This document shows positions 51,361-64,000 of a DNA stretch of 64,000 bases, in pieces. The notes beneath the pieces are model-generated. The model searched no databases. It was not told the origin of the DNA and was given only the letters and a program-made list of their open reading frames with translations. The position numbers and the translations under genes are program-made. Position 1 is the stretch's first letter. Each line of letters starts with the position of its first letter. This DNA comes from Catajapyx aquilonaris (taxonomy: Eukaryota), in NCBI GenBank assembly GCA_000934665.2, contig KZ538330.1, positions 1-64,000 of the forward strand, read 5' to 3'.

Positions 51361-54300
51361 ATGGCAGCGACTCCGGAACTGGACGAGTCGAGAGCTGCAG
51401 TGTCGGTGTCGGGCAGCAGCGGCAGTGCGTCGGCGGACGATGAGGTCAGCGACGAGGCTGACCCCACGGTGCGACCCACCGTTGTGGTGACCGGGTTCGG
51501 CCCCTTTGGGGCCCACTCGGTCAACGCCAGCTGGGAGTCCGTTCAGCTTCTTCCAGACACTGACCTGGAGAAGGAGATGGGGGTCAGGCTCAAGATCGTC
51601 CACGTCCCGGTCGAGTACCAGGCCGTACAGGACATGGTGCCCCGGCTGTGGGACACCCATCACCCAATCGTACATACACTCACTATGTTGTCATTACAAC
51701 ATGTCCACTCTTTGCCGTGCCTCAATGGCATCAGGTTGAACTGGCTCTAGGTTCATTTCATAGTGCAGAGCCGGCACTGTCAAATTGTTCTGCTAGCTGC
51801 CGGTTCTGCTAGGGCTCTGCTGCCCGTTTTGAAGTTATTGAAATGAGCCAACAGCAAATATCAAACCATGGACACAGATCATGCGAAGAACGAGTATCAC
51901 AGCTAGTTTAAGGCAAAGAGGTAATGACAGATGCAGGTAGTGTCTTTTGTAACAGGACAAGCCAAATGCTTGGCCACTCTACCTGGAAGTAGACAACTGA
52001 TTATGCTTCAGCTTGCAAGTAAACAAGGAACGTTATTATCGGCAGGCCACGCTAACTTCTAATTAACTTCATCCTTTTGTTTACCAATTCCTAGTCAATG
52101 GAAATCTGCCAACCTCACCCCTGGAACCTCACTCTTTTGAAGTTTCCATGGAAATGCCCTCACACAACAGTAGGAGTAAACGGAGTAAACATAGACAACA
52201 ATAGAACCGCTAATAGAACACTGTTTACATCAAAGAGTTCTGCTATTATATAATAGGCGTATTCGGCAATTCAGATTTTTCTGAGATGTGTCACGTGATA
52301 TCTGAGTTGTTAGCCCTGCCCCTCAGAAGATTATTGCCGAACGGCCGAACTGAGAGACCCCCCTACCCGCCTGTGCTGCATCCCAGTGATATGCCAATGT
52401 TCGGGTATTTCGGTGCCGTATTTCGGATGCTTGCGGGTAACGGTGCGGGTAAAATCGGGTATTTTCAGGTCCTCTCGCGGGGTTTTTGGTCATTTTGCAT
52501 TGGCAACACTGCTGCATCCATAACAATATTTTGTTTGTTAATAGTTTCTCAGCAAGTAAGTCAGGTCAGGAGTACACTAAGTGTAAGTTCCTGAGCTTGG
52601 GAAGTCAGGTAGGGCGCATGCGCACTTACTTCAGGGGGCGTGGCACCTGATTTGCCGAACATCCAAACTGCCCAGGAAGTCAGATTCCTGAATTGCCGAA
52701 TACGCCTAATATAATACCTCGAGGAGGTACTCCCTATCCTTTTCCATTAGACAGGCTGAGGAAGCCTCCATCTTGTTGGAGGTAATATTGTTCTAACAGT
52801 TGTCTAGCAACTGGGACAACAACCAATAATGACAACTGGGCGACAATTAGTTCAATAATGTCAGGCGTCCACCATCTTGTTGGAGGTAATATTGTTGCCT
52901 GCATTGTTGCCTGCCTCACATTTCAGCCCGAGTGCCTCCTCTAGGTATATACATATAATATAGCAGAACTCTTTGGTTTACATTCATGTTTGCTCCCGTT
53001 GTGTGAGGGCATTTCCCTGGAAGCTTCAAAAGGGTGGTTCCAGGGCTGCGTTTGGCAGATTTCCATTGACTAGCAGTCGGTAAACAAAAGGATGACGTAA
53101 GGTCAAAGTAAGGGCGGGCTGCATATAGAGTGGACTGCCTATAGGATGAAAAACAGGATGAAATACAGGAAATCAACTGATTTGGGATGACATTGATTTA
53201 TGATTTTTTTTAGCTTATGGTCCATGTCGGAGTGTCCAGTTTGGCTCAGGCACTAACTTTGGAACAGCAAGCATGCAACCGGGGGTATGAGAGTCCAGAT
53301 GTATCCCTGTGCTTGCCTGCGGCTGGCTGCTGCGTGGCAGATCCAGACACTCCAGACATGATAGTATCATCCATCGATATGGGTCAAGTGGCACAGCATG
53401 TGGATTGCACAGATTGTGGAGTCGTTTCCTGTATTTCTAGGGATCCTGGCAGGTCAGCACAAACCCTTTCTGATAAAAGAGAAATAATGAAGATTTCACT
53501 GATAGCATCAACCCTTAACAAATGATCTCACTGCACTGTAAAGTAGGAGTGGCAAGCATCAGTGCACAAGTTTATTCAGCCACGTGACATGTAGTGACAG
53601 CAATGCAGGATGAATTGTTTTGCTAATTTGAACTAGGGATGATTTGGGGAGGTGTAGATGGCCGAGATGGCTTGCTGAGTGAAAGGCCCCAGGTTCGATC
53701 CCCGCCTGGGAACTTCCCTTTCACCTGCGTCAGGAGGGTCTCTGACCTGCACCAAGGAGGTGTCTGGCAACCTAACCTCCTGGGGAACAGCACATGACCC
53801 TTTTACAGACCTTGCACTTGCACCACATGTTCCCTCCTCAAAAATCCCTATCCTCACCCATGTCCCTGTCTCCTTGCACGGGTGAGCGAAGGAAAATAGT
53901 GCACAGTTACTAGAAAACTGATGGTGGTGTGCCACCCCCCAAAAAAGGCTAGTAAAAACTAGTAATGATTTACTCATTGGGCAACCCAGTCTTTGTGAAA
54001 TAATTGTGAAATGTTACATCATAGGAAATGCACAGTATGTATAGTGGATATGATTACTTATTTAATGATAACAATTTTGACTGAGATTTGATGTTAAAAA
54101 TGACTGTCTGCCAGTTTCCAGATTAAATTTTAATGTGAAGATATGTATCAGAAACCATTTTTTGAAGCACGTGATTTGAAATTTTTCGTTTCTACAGATG
54201 AATAGTCATTAAACTGTAAATTCCCTCATAGGCCGTACATTTTTCTTCAAAATTATTAATAGTTGCTTTAGGAAACACTTTTTGCAACTGTGGAGGTCAT

Positions 54301-54693
54301 GCGTTGTATGACAATAATATGATTGCAACAGTGGATAATTATAATGTATGTCAGTTTCATGAAATCATTACGGAAAATTGAGGGGAAGTAAAGTATTAGA
54401 TGGAGTTAATCACATGACATCATGCTGGAAATGTCACACTTTGATTTGAAATGTTCACTAAAGAGTACATGGTTTTCATAATACAATAGTGCACATGTTT
54501 TCCTTTTTACAGGTACCTGTGTGAATTTATCTACTATCGCTCACTCTCTATAAATCGAGAGAGAACAGCTTTCATCCATGTGCCCAGTTTGGATGGGCCA
54601 TACACAGCACGTCAGTTGGCCAGTGGCTTAAAAGAAGCAATTAAAGCCATGCTGATGCAGCTCCGGGGTCTTGAACTTCGAGACCGAAGTTGA
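51361..54693 (+). CDS. PGPEP1: Pyroglutamyl-peptidase I (peptidase C15)
   Basis: Exons 51361-51669, 53214-53452, 54513-54693 (TGA). Motifs VVVTGFGPFGAHSVNASW, VHVGV, LEQQA (catalytic Glu), DPGRYLCEFIYY (catalytic Cys), FIHVP (catalytic His). Confidence 0.95.
52255..52707. mobile_element. MITE, possibly PIF/Harbinger-like, in PGPEP1 intron 1
   Basis: AGGCGTATTCGGCAATTCAG...CTGAATTGCCGAATACGCCT in AT-rich flanks. Confidence 0.65.
53645..53880 (+). mobile_element. Possible tRNA-derived SINE fragment
   Basis: B box GGTTCGATCC at 53692-53701 with a GC-rich head; no complete cloverleaf. Confidence 0.4.
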
Positions 54694-57600
54694 ATGTAAA
54701 CTTTATATGCAGAAATTATGCTGGGGTTGTTAAGGTGCTTTCACAAAGAGTAAGTATAGTGGATTATACTAATGCTATTCTGTTTTTATATGGAGATTAG
54801 AACAATTGGATTCCAGAGGCTTTTTCCTATTCCTAAATGGTTTGCTGATTTTCCATCCCCTACAACCTTTCATGCGGGGTATGACTAGAAGTAACGAAGT
54901 TACACACGGGAATTTTTTCCTAATATCATGCCTTAAACTTGGTACAGATTTTTATCCTTCCTCCTTTGTTACAATCCCCTACCAGCAGTCATCAAACAAT
55001 GGCCCTTGAACTTCCAGCATGCCTGGGCCTAGATTTGCCAAGTTATTTTGGTGTAATTGCCAATTTATTACTCTAGTAAATCTTCCTGTAGCAATAATGC
55101 TACAACTTTCTGGCTTCATTATTCATACGTCATAACAGCTGCAGCAGGAAAGTCATATGAGATATTAATACAGTGAAACCTGCCCATAACGGACCCTGGA
55201 TATAGCGGAAACCTATCCATTACGGAATTTTTTCTGAGAACGGACATATCGACACCTAAGAATTATATTGTCGTATGTCCACTTTTGGACTTTTGGACAT
55301 AGGACAATATAATCCTTGGGCGTCGATATGCATAGGACATGCAATGTATTTTTCGATGTATATTATGGAACCTGCCCAACGCGGAAATGGAAGGTATTTT
55401 CAGCTCCCTTCAGAGAAATTCCTGGTTCGTAATGGAAATCAAAAGGTTCGCATTAACTCCTGCGAGTCACAAAAATAGAATCTACAGCTGGTTCACTATT
55501 GGCAATTTCAGGTGGACTCTGAGTAAGCCTATTTGGACCACATGTGTCTAGTAATTTCTGGAATTGCTATTGGCCTGTGGCCTTGGAAGATATTTTTGAG
55601 GAAAGGGGGACTATTTCTGGTTGGAAAACCAGCTTATTGAGGGCAAAGAAGATTGTGACTCATGTGAAATAATGTGGGTGCCCTCCTGCCTTCATGGTTC
55701 AGTCCAGTGTTAAAATGTCGGGGAAGAGGAAGGGGCCCTCCGCAAACGAGGAAGTGTGGGAGGGAGGCAACTTGCACACACGTATCCAAGTATTCATGTT
55801 GCCCGTTAGAGGGTACAAGTGTCGCGGGCCAACCCAGCCCATGTCAGCACGCCCAGATTGGCTCCAAATTTCTTGGCTGCAAGAAATCCGCACACGCTCA
55901 CTGACCCAGGAGAGTGCATGCGCTGTGCCGTCCTGGGTGGGTAGGCAGGCAATAAATTGTTCCCAAATTTCCCTGTTTGCGCTGGCCCTTAGCTCAACAG
56001 ATCGCTGTCATCGAGCAAGTGGATAAGGGAGTATCTGTGAAAACTGTTGCCAAGAGTTTTTTTCACAAAGATGTGACACATGCATGCCTAAATTAATACA
56101 GTGCTGTATCACTAGTTGGGCATCCAGTCCATATGCGCAGCACCATAACTATAAAAGGAACAGGGGCAGAAAGGCAGTGGAGCCCGTGACTTTAGAAGGG
56201 CTTTGGTGGGTCCAAATAAAAAAGGCAAATTCTCTGTGGATGGGACTTACACTAGAATCGAGCAATTACTGATAATGATTGTTGATCATAATGATTGTTG
56301 ATCATAAGCATTACTATAAATGTTAGTGATAAAAATATTTTCCTTATTAATCTTTCTGAACTGAAACTCATAAAAACATTTATGAAGGAGCGTGGGGTTA
56401 AGACAGCATGTTTTCGTATGCAATTCTTCACATTGAAAATGTATGTGCCGTGAAATTAGATGTGGAAATAAGCAATGATGACTTTGCAGAATTAAAAGTC
56501 AGCTGAAGAAGCAGTAGTGGGTCTTGTCTTAGTACGTACAGTTAGTTGGTCATTATAACAGTCCAATGATGAGGACAAGTTTTACTTTGTGAACATAATT
56601 ATTGTATGCCGTACACCTATGATACTTTATGATGTCATGGAGTGTGGAGGGAACTAAAAGGATGTGGGGGCTCGTGTGTGTAATGTGGTGGGGCTCTGGT
56701 TGACCTGAGTAGGGCATTGCATATGCAGTAATGCCATAATAGATTTTAAAGCGGAACTGTAATGCAAAGCACACTTCCTTGTGGGTGTATAGGTACAGGC
56801 ACTTAAAGAAAAGTCACATCCCATTCAGCTAAAAAGAAAAACCTTTTTCAGATGTCAATTTAAATGTACCTTTGTTCTCAGAAAGAAAAGAAAATTACCA
56901 GTTGTCTACAGCAACGAAGATTGTCACAGACATATTATCTTTTCGTATTTCCTAATACACATTCTTTGCAAATCCTAGGACATTCACTGCATTGACGAAA
57001 ATCACACTCTAAAATATGAGTGCTGAAGTGAACCCCAGCTGCCAACAGATGTGAACTTGTTTTCTTCTACTCAACTTGAGACTGTTAAAAGAGATTTCAT
57101 GAACAGCATAGCAGAATCCACTATATTCCATATAATTAATTTTTATCTCATTGTGAATGCGCCTTTAGTAATTAACTATACGTAAGGCTGCTATAAAAGT
57201 GCACGCACAAAGTAGTGCAACTCAGATCAAGCATGCGAGTATGAATGAATCGACACAGTGTGTCTCTTTTTATGTGGTGGTGCCTGTAATCTTTTACATG
57301 ATATATGCAATATAAAAAGACATTGATATAATTATTGTCTTAAATCATTATCACCTTTCCATATGCTAATACAGTGAAACCTGCTTGTAATGTAATAATT
57401 GTTCTATTCCAGGCACCAAAACGAGTAAGTTATTTCAATACCTGGGAGACAAAAGTGCATTGAGGTAATATATGGCACACTAGCTGGGAACAACAACAAC
57501 AAAAACAGCTTTAGAAAGTTTCCAGTATATCTGGGGTCACCTGCAGGGTTTCAAGGTATGAATGAACGTAGAGGAAATGCAAAAGAAATCAATGTCACAG

Positions 57601-58038
57601 CATTATCCTTTAGGACTGTTGTACAGACAGCAGGTGACCTGCCGAGTGAAGAAATGCTAACTGTGAAATTACTCTCTAAGTCATGTTTACACAATCATAT
57701 AAGACAGTGGCAGTTGTGCAGTTGTAGTTGCATTATTGCAAGCAAGAATAAGTGGCAGTACCGCAATTTAATTATGAAATCAATGAGATCCCATTGTATT
57801 GGAGGAAACATGTCCAAGACCAAATAGATAAGTTGCAATATGAACTTCTGGATCAAATGGCAATGCACAGGAAGCAACCACCCTCTTACTAGGGCGATGA
57901 CATGATTGTATAGAAATTATTACAAGAAATTTGTCGTAATAAACCAATATTTCCGCCATTTGGTGATAACATCGCACGTACTACGTACTGCCACTTTTAC
58001 TATTAAGATCACGTGTCGATAGTGTATGTCGAACAAAA

Positions 58039-61000
58039 ATGGCTGCCTACTGTGGAAGCAGTCTCAGCGTTTGCTCCCGTGGCCTGGTGCGGTTAGCGGC
58101 GAGGCATCTATCTTATGGACCTCGGGTAACTGAGCAGAATAATTATTATGGGACGGGGCATTCCCTACGATAATATTGGGACCGGGGAGATCGAATGGAC
58201 GGGAACTTTAGAATGATTCGAAATCATTGTTGGATTCAGAAGTAGGGGAATGAGCGGATTTTTGAGTTACGAAAGTAAATTAAATTTTTCTCGTTATTTA
58301 CAACCGTTCACAGAATTTAGCCGCGTTCTTATACCTGTGATAACTAGGAAAGGAGTAGGCACCATGTCTTTCATCATTCCTACTGTTTGGTTATGGGTAG
58401 GTCAGTGGGATTGACAGAAGTATGGGTACATTCCAACATTCGCAAAGTTTGTAGTCAACAAGAACGGTTTTGTATACATAAGTTTATCATACATGTTTCA
58501 TAAATATCACCATTTTAAAATTAGACTGGCTTCTGTAGTGCAGCAATTGCTGTTTCTTTACTGAACTGTGTTGTCCACTGAAATTATTATAGGCTAATAC
58601 AAGGCAGTTGTAAATATCACAGAAATCTATTTTACCCTACAAGTGCACTCATTTTCACAAGTGCATGAGTAATAACTGATTTTTAAGCCATTAATGATAC
58701 ATTATAAGAGAGAATGTTCCTTTCTCCACCTCTCAGCAACACCTGCCATTCTTTGATAAAGCTGCGTTTACATGTGAGTGATTTAATCAGCGATGTTGCA
58801 GTGATTTCATCGCCGAGCAAAAGTAACAATCGCGGTAACAATATATTTTTGCCCCAAACAATTGGTATCATCACTCAGCGATGTACATTGCTGCAACATC
58901 ACTGATCAAATCCAAAAATATGGTAACAATGTGGAGCCCTTGGTGACAACCCAAACAAACTTGCTTATGCATGGGCAGCATATGGGGATTCAACATGTCT
59001 ACACTTCTGTGGCTGTATGGCCGTAAAAATGGTGCAATCGACACAAAAATTGCACCAAAAAATATTAGATGAACTGGTGCAGGGCACCTAGTTCATCTTT
59101 TTTTCAATTTGCGAAATGACCTTTTCATCGAATTGAAGTGAGAGGAAAATGGCGGTCCCAAAAAGCCCATTTGAATAACATGTCAGCAGGAAACACGACT
59201 AAGTCGGGCACGCTTCTGTGCCTGTATGTCCACAATTTTAATGCAATCATATCGAATATGGTACCATTGTAAAGGCCAAACCTTTGCACAGGGCACCTAG
59301 TTCGTGTTTTCTCAGATTAATGACCAGTTTTGTGACAAAAAAATTAAGTTCCCTACGAAATGCGCCTACCGCATTTTTGCTACTGCGCCGCCGTAAGAGA
59401 GAATGTGTTTCTTTCTCCATCTCTCAGCAACACCTGCCATTCTTTGATAATGTGCTTCCCTGAGCCTCCTCTTATACAGCCTTGTTAACTTCATTTCAGA
59501 ATGATGGTGGGGCTACTTGGTCAACATGTTGCTGGAAGGTTCCAGCTCCCTCTGCTGCCTCCCAGCAACCCAGCCTGAGAAGGAATTCCCCTCTTCACAT
59601 AGGATCGTCATTGAGGCTTCACACCAGTTCCAACTATTCACACCCTCTCGTGCCCATTGTAGTTGAGCAGACAGGCCGGGGGGAGAGGGCATACGACATC
59701 TTCTCCAGGCTCCTCAAGGAAAGGATAATTTGCCTCATGGGACCGGTAATGCTCTAGGAAGGTGTTCTAGAGAAGTTAAATTCTCTGTGTCATTCCCCCT
59801 TGCCCCAGCAAAATTGCTTGATAGACAGGGAGGCCAAAAGTGCACCTGTTTATCCCCTGATGGAAACTAATTTTCTTGAATAGAGCTTCAATGGGAGGAG
59901 ATCTTGTCTAAAAAAACCATTTAGAACTATTAGAATCATGAAGGCCTGGTTGTAAAATCCTATTGTAGGTCCCAAGTTCAATCCCCAGATCAGACAGAGG
60001 ATACTCATGTGGACAGAGTTTCGATGGGTTCTCTGCGTGTTTGCATGGGGTTTCTCTCCCTTTTCCTCCCACTTAACCCTGAAACCGTGCCGTGCCTAAA
60101 AGTTACGTTAACCGTGCCGTGGGGTCTTTTCGGACCCCAAGCCATATTTTAATTCTTATTAATTTTTGTATAATACTTTTCAATGCATTGACTATACAGG
60201 GTGTTTATGACCTAACTTTACAAACTTCTAGGGGTAATAGAGGGGCCCAAGACAAACATATTTCACATAGAAACCAGTGTCCGGAAACGCCATCTAGAGG
60301 GGGTTCATAGACAAGGAACGGGTGCGCTCGGACGCGTCAGGCGGGGGGCGTTAGCGGTCGGAGCGTTTAGTTGCTAGGTGGCGCGCGGATTGTACACAAC
60401 TCAGCAATTCGCCATAACCTGGCAACAACAGAGTTGTTCTTTATTATCTGCGCGCTACCTAGCATGCTGACTTTAGTTGTTATGTGGTTCTGTTGTTGCC
60501 AGGTTATTGCGAATTGCGAAGTTGTGTACAATCCGCGCGCCACCTAGCAACTAAATGCTCCGACCGCTAGCGCATCTCGCCTGACGTGTCTGAGCGCACC
60601 CGTTCCTCGTCTATGAACCCCCTCTAGATGGCATTTCCGGACACGGGTTCCTATGTGAAATATGTTTGTCTTGGGCCCCTCTATTACCCCTAGAAGTTTG
60701 TAAAGTTAGGTCGTAAACACCCTGGTATACAATCATTCTCTGAACAATGCCTAAAATGATCGCTAATTCAAAATAAACATGCACTTCCTGTTATATACTT
60801 TAAAAAATTGCCAACAGTTCATTTTTGGGAAAGTCTGTCGTTTATCCGCATCTAGCAACGCGGTGGGATTGGCGGGTCCAAACATGTTGGCTACGCGTCG
60901 CAAACAACCGGTTGCCGGGAGAGCATAACAAAGGGCGTCTTCTTACCCCTGCCACGCGAACCTTTAAGACGAGTGCTAGGACCACAGTATTAATGAAGGA

Positions 61001-64000
61001 GGTAGGAAATATGAAGGCCATGATGGTTGCTGCAGTCAGTTAACCCAAAGAACGATATGATGTCACACCAGCCGTGTTTTCTGAGCGTGTGCAGTAGTGT
61101 GCCTGCAGAGTGAGTCGTGGGCATGATTGGAGGGGAGAGCCGGGTGGTGGCGGGCGGAACTTGGCGTCATGACTGTGTGAAGGTGCACTTCGCGCTTGGC
61201 AAAGCCACAATAACGTTCGTTGGCCTGCGGCGCCACAAGACGGACAGTAAATGTTGCGGATACAGAAACCCACAATAAGCGCCCAGCTCCGCTATCGCTC
61301 CGCAAAAACTAAAAATATCCCGCACGAGCGATGTACTGTGCCTGGCAGGGCCACAACAATGTACAGTGCAGTTGCGGTAACAAAAAGCCATACAGCAACA
61401 CCAAGACAAAGGGCTATTCCATCCACTTAATCACCTCAAAATCCCGAATTGAATCCCCGAAAGGCCGAAAAGAAGAATAAAGCACAGTTCCATGTAACCA
61501 TGCAGCAGTATCAATAGGCACCCGATTGTTTGCAACGCAACGTTGCCCACCGTTGGGAGGCCTAACACCGACCGTGTTGTTAAGGTGCGGATAAACAATA
61601 GTTTACCCCATTTTTGTAGTGGAGAGTTTTATTTCGAGTATGACGGGAACCGTGACGTGGGGTCCTTTTGGACCCCACACCCCAGCCTCTACTTCAAGGT
61701 TCAGATCGTCCATAAAGTACACCAAACGGACATTTTTGGCTGTGCCGTACCGGATAAGAAACGGGGAGAGAACCCCCATCACACATGACGTCACCCCCTG
61801 CGCCCTTCACTGAAAAAATAGCTTGCAATAAGAACTGACACAAACTAGTATGCCGGGAACCGTGACGTGGGGTCCGAATGGGTCCAAAAACCACGACTTA
61901 TCTACATTTTGGTAGGTGTGAAAATTATGAAACCGGATTTGATCCATGAAAGGAAGTTTTTTTGAGGAGTACACGGAGTTTCAGGTCATTATCGTTTCAG
62001 GATCACTCATGGCGATGAATTTTAACTCCTTTGGGGTCCAAAAAGACCCCACGGCACGGTTCCAGGGTTAAAAATCCATCACATTACAGGCAAATGATGG
62101 AAGTCAGTGAATTAAAAGATGATCCTCTAAAAGGCCCAAGGAGACCTATCACGGGCTAGCCATTATATTATTAATGCCTAAAAGATGGGTTTGCTAGGAT
62201 AGATTTTTTAAATGGGAGAGGAGGGGTCTGGGGGTAGGAGGAGGGAGGGGGAAAGAGTTAGTCCACTTTTGGTGGAAAATGAGTTATGGGTGGTTTCAGT
62301 TTCAGTCCCAGTACCGTGACGGACATTGGGGACAATAGCAGTAAACATGAAAAAGTCTTCTCTAATCACGCTCACGTAATTTGCCAATATTGTTTTTTTT
62401 TGCAATTTCTGTGTCAATTGAACCATTTTTGTGGACATAGAGTGTGTGTGTTCTGGAAAGGGGCCATTTGTAGGAGGGGTTGGGGAGATGNGGGGTGGCA
62501 CACATTTATGAAACCATGTTTAGGGTGTCACAGTTGGTAAAAGGTTGGAAACCAGTGATTTAAAATACATGGTGGACGGAAAGTTTCCCCCTCTTCTGAA
62601 TGAACACTGACAATAAATGAAACAAAATACATTCAATTTTACATCTTAACCCTAATAAGACGGGCGTCTCATATGCTGAGACCCTGACTTTGAACAATTC
62701 TGCTGGCGAAACTGTAGCCTTTTGCCACTATGTAACGTGGTTTCTGTGTGGCTTTAAATTTTCTCTCGTGTAAAAAATCGCGAGTTTTGGACTACAAAAT
62801 CGTGCATAAATAAACCGGATTAACCAGATTAACTTGAATGAAATCATCTTTTTGTGGCTGCTGAAAAAGAAACTTCAAAAAAATCCGACCTTGACAGGCA
62901 AATTTTTGGCATACATATAGTTGCCCCCAAACCTCCTCAAGAGATTCCACCCTAAAATTAGTGCAAAAGATGATTCAATAGTTTTAAAATAAATAAATAA
63001 TGGGTGCCTCCCTGGGGGTGCGAGCAAGGTGCACCTCTGGACTTAATCTAACCAAGAGGTAATAACTGGACTAACTATGAACTTAATCAATCACCCCTGG
63101 TGTAGGGGATGCGACAAGGACCAATATATTGTCTACAAAGGGGTGCGGAGGCCCGGAAAGGTTAAGAACCTCTGCTTATATAATTATGTTCCTGGGCTTG
63201 GCTCAATTTTGACATTTTTGTGGGTTGACAAATTATTGCACAACACCGTCCATGCACACGATTCATGAGTTACCTTTTCTGTCATTTGTGGCAGAAGTAT
63301 GGAGATTTCGCCACCTTGATTTTAACTGAATACCGGTACTATCCTTTGGATGTATGTTCCTGGGCATAACTCAATTTTGAAATTTTTGTGGGTTGACCCA
63401 TTATTGCATAACACTGTCCCATTATCCCTCCTCTTTCGATCACTTCTGTGTACGTTGACTGACACCAAGTTCAACATATGTACCAGACACTACACACGGG
63501 TTTGCTACTATAAATTAATTACTTAATAACATGTTTTGATACTCTACGTATGTAAGGCAAAATTTCTTTGTTTTTTTGTTTGCCCATGGCAACAGCATTT
63601 TGCTGGTGATTATCATGGAAACAGGCTGTCGAAGAACGGGCTCCTCTGCTAGTGAGATTATAAGACTACTGAAGAGATTGCATAAGCAGCATCATCACAC
63701 ACTGTATTTCTTTCTCTCTTTTTAAGATAACAGATGACTTGTCATCTCTGGTGGTAGCCCAGCTACTCTTCCTCCAATCTGAGAGTAGCAAGAAGCCCAT
63801 CCACATGTACATAAACAGTCCTGGCGGTGTGGTGACTTCAGGACTGGCCATCTATGATACCATGCAATATGTTCTTCCTCCCATTGCCACTTGGTGCGTG
63901 GGACAGGCTATGAGCATGGCCAGCCTACTGCTGGCTGCAGGAAGCCCTGGGATGCGACATTCCTTGCCAAATGCCCGCATCATGATTCACCAACCATCTG
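58039..64000 (+). CDS. ClpP: Mitochondrial ATP-dependent Clp protease proteolytic subunit, 3'-truncated by the window edge
   Basis: Exons 58039-58125 (presequence-like [24 protein letters not shown]), 59500-59745 ([28 protein letters not shown]) and 63727->64000 ([10 protein letters not shown]...YINSPGG...GQAMSMAS...IMIHQPS). Both introns are phase 0. Confidence 0.95.
58705..59450 (+). repeat. ~55-bp direct repeats flanking ~630 bp in ClpP intron 1
   Basis: TAAGAGAGAATG...CTCTCAGCAACACCTGCCATTCTTTGATAA at 58705-58759 and 59394-59450. Confidence 0.75.
60077..62067. mobile_element. ~2-kb non-autonomous piggyBac-like element
   Basis: TTAA-CCCTGAAACCGTGCCGTG...CACGGCACGGTTCCAGGG-TTAA with internal repeated GGAACCGTGACGTGGGGTCC motifs; no transposase ORF seen. 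Confidence 0.85.
60197..60724. mobile_element. Tc1/mariner-type fully palindromic MITE (nested)
   Basis: TA-CAGGGTGTTTATGACC...GGTCGTAAACACCCTG. The empty site GACTATATACAATC is visible in the sister copy at ~36248-36261. Confidence 0.88.
63185..63420 (+). repeat. Diverged ~65-bp direct duplication in ClpP intron 2
   Basis: TATGTTCCTGGGC...CTCAATTTTGA..TTTTTGTGGGTTGAC...ATTATTGCA at ~63185 and ~63354. Confidence 0.6.

Larger units (their letters stand above)
59940..62175 (+). mobile_element. SINE family B copy split by a piggyBac-like insertion
   Basis: The 5' half (~59965-60072) and 3' half (62072-62175) align collinearly with 43723-43985. Confidence 0.8.

Noticed and set aside
62491..62491. 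Single N base
   Set aside because: Assembly ambiguity, not biological.
1..64000. CRISPR arrays, prokaryotic operons, rRNA genes, intact transposase or reverse-transcriptase ORFs, hammerhead/HDV ribozymes
   Set aside because: None were seen by eye. The DNA is intron-containing eukaryotic sequence, and all transposase traces are fragmentary. A covariance-model scan would be needed to exclude ribozymes formally.

Overview
Eukaryotic nuclear DNA, most likely from an arthropod judging by protein similarity, with spliceosomal GT-AG introns. Seven protein-coding genes were reconstructed by eye. In order: the 3' part of a Piezo mechanosensitive channel (+, <1-17269), Jarid2 (-, 27431-19765), intronless mRpL33 (+, 29758-29952), DAP3/mRpS29 (+, ~29988-33569), CAF-1 p150/CHAF1A (-, 50592-38960), pyroglutamyl-peptidase I (+, 51361-54693) and the 5' part of mitochondrial ClpP (+, 58039->64000). 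There are two head-to-head gene pairs. Introns and intergenic DNA are full of non-autonomous transposons: Tc1/mariner foldback MITEs, piggyBac-, hAT-, PIF- and pogo-like MITEs, and tRNA-derived SINEs, often nested. The most interesting observation is the mRpL33-DAP3 locus. The complete mRpL33 ORF appears to lie inside the putative first intron (or 5' leader) of DAP3, so one promoter shared with Jarid2 could yield a large-subunit and a small-subunit mitoribosomal protein. Other notable features are a U12-type intron in DAP3 and several frame-preserving candidate cassette exons and microexons in Piezo. All gene models come from manual splice-site and translation inspection; no database searches were run.
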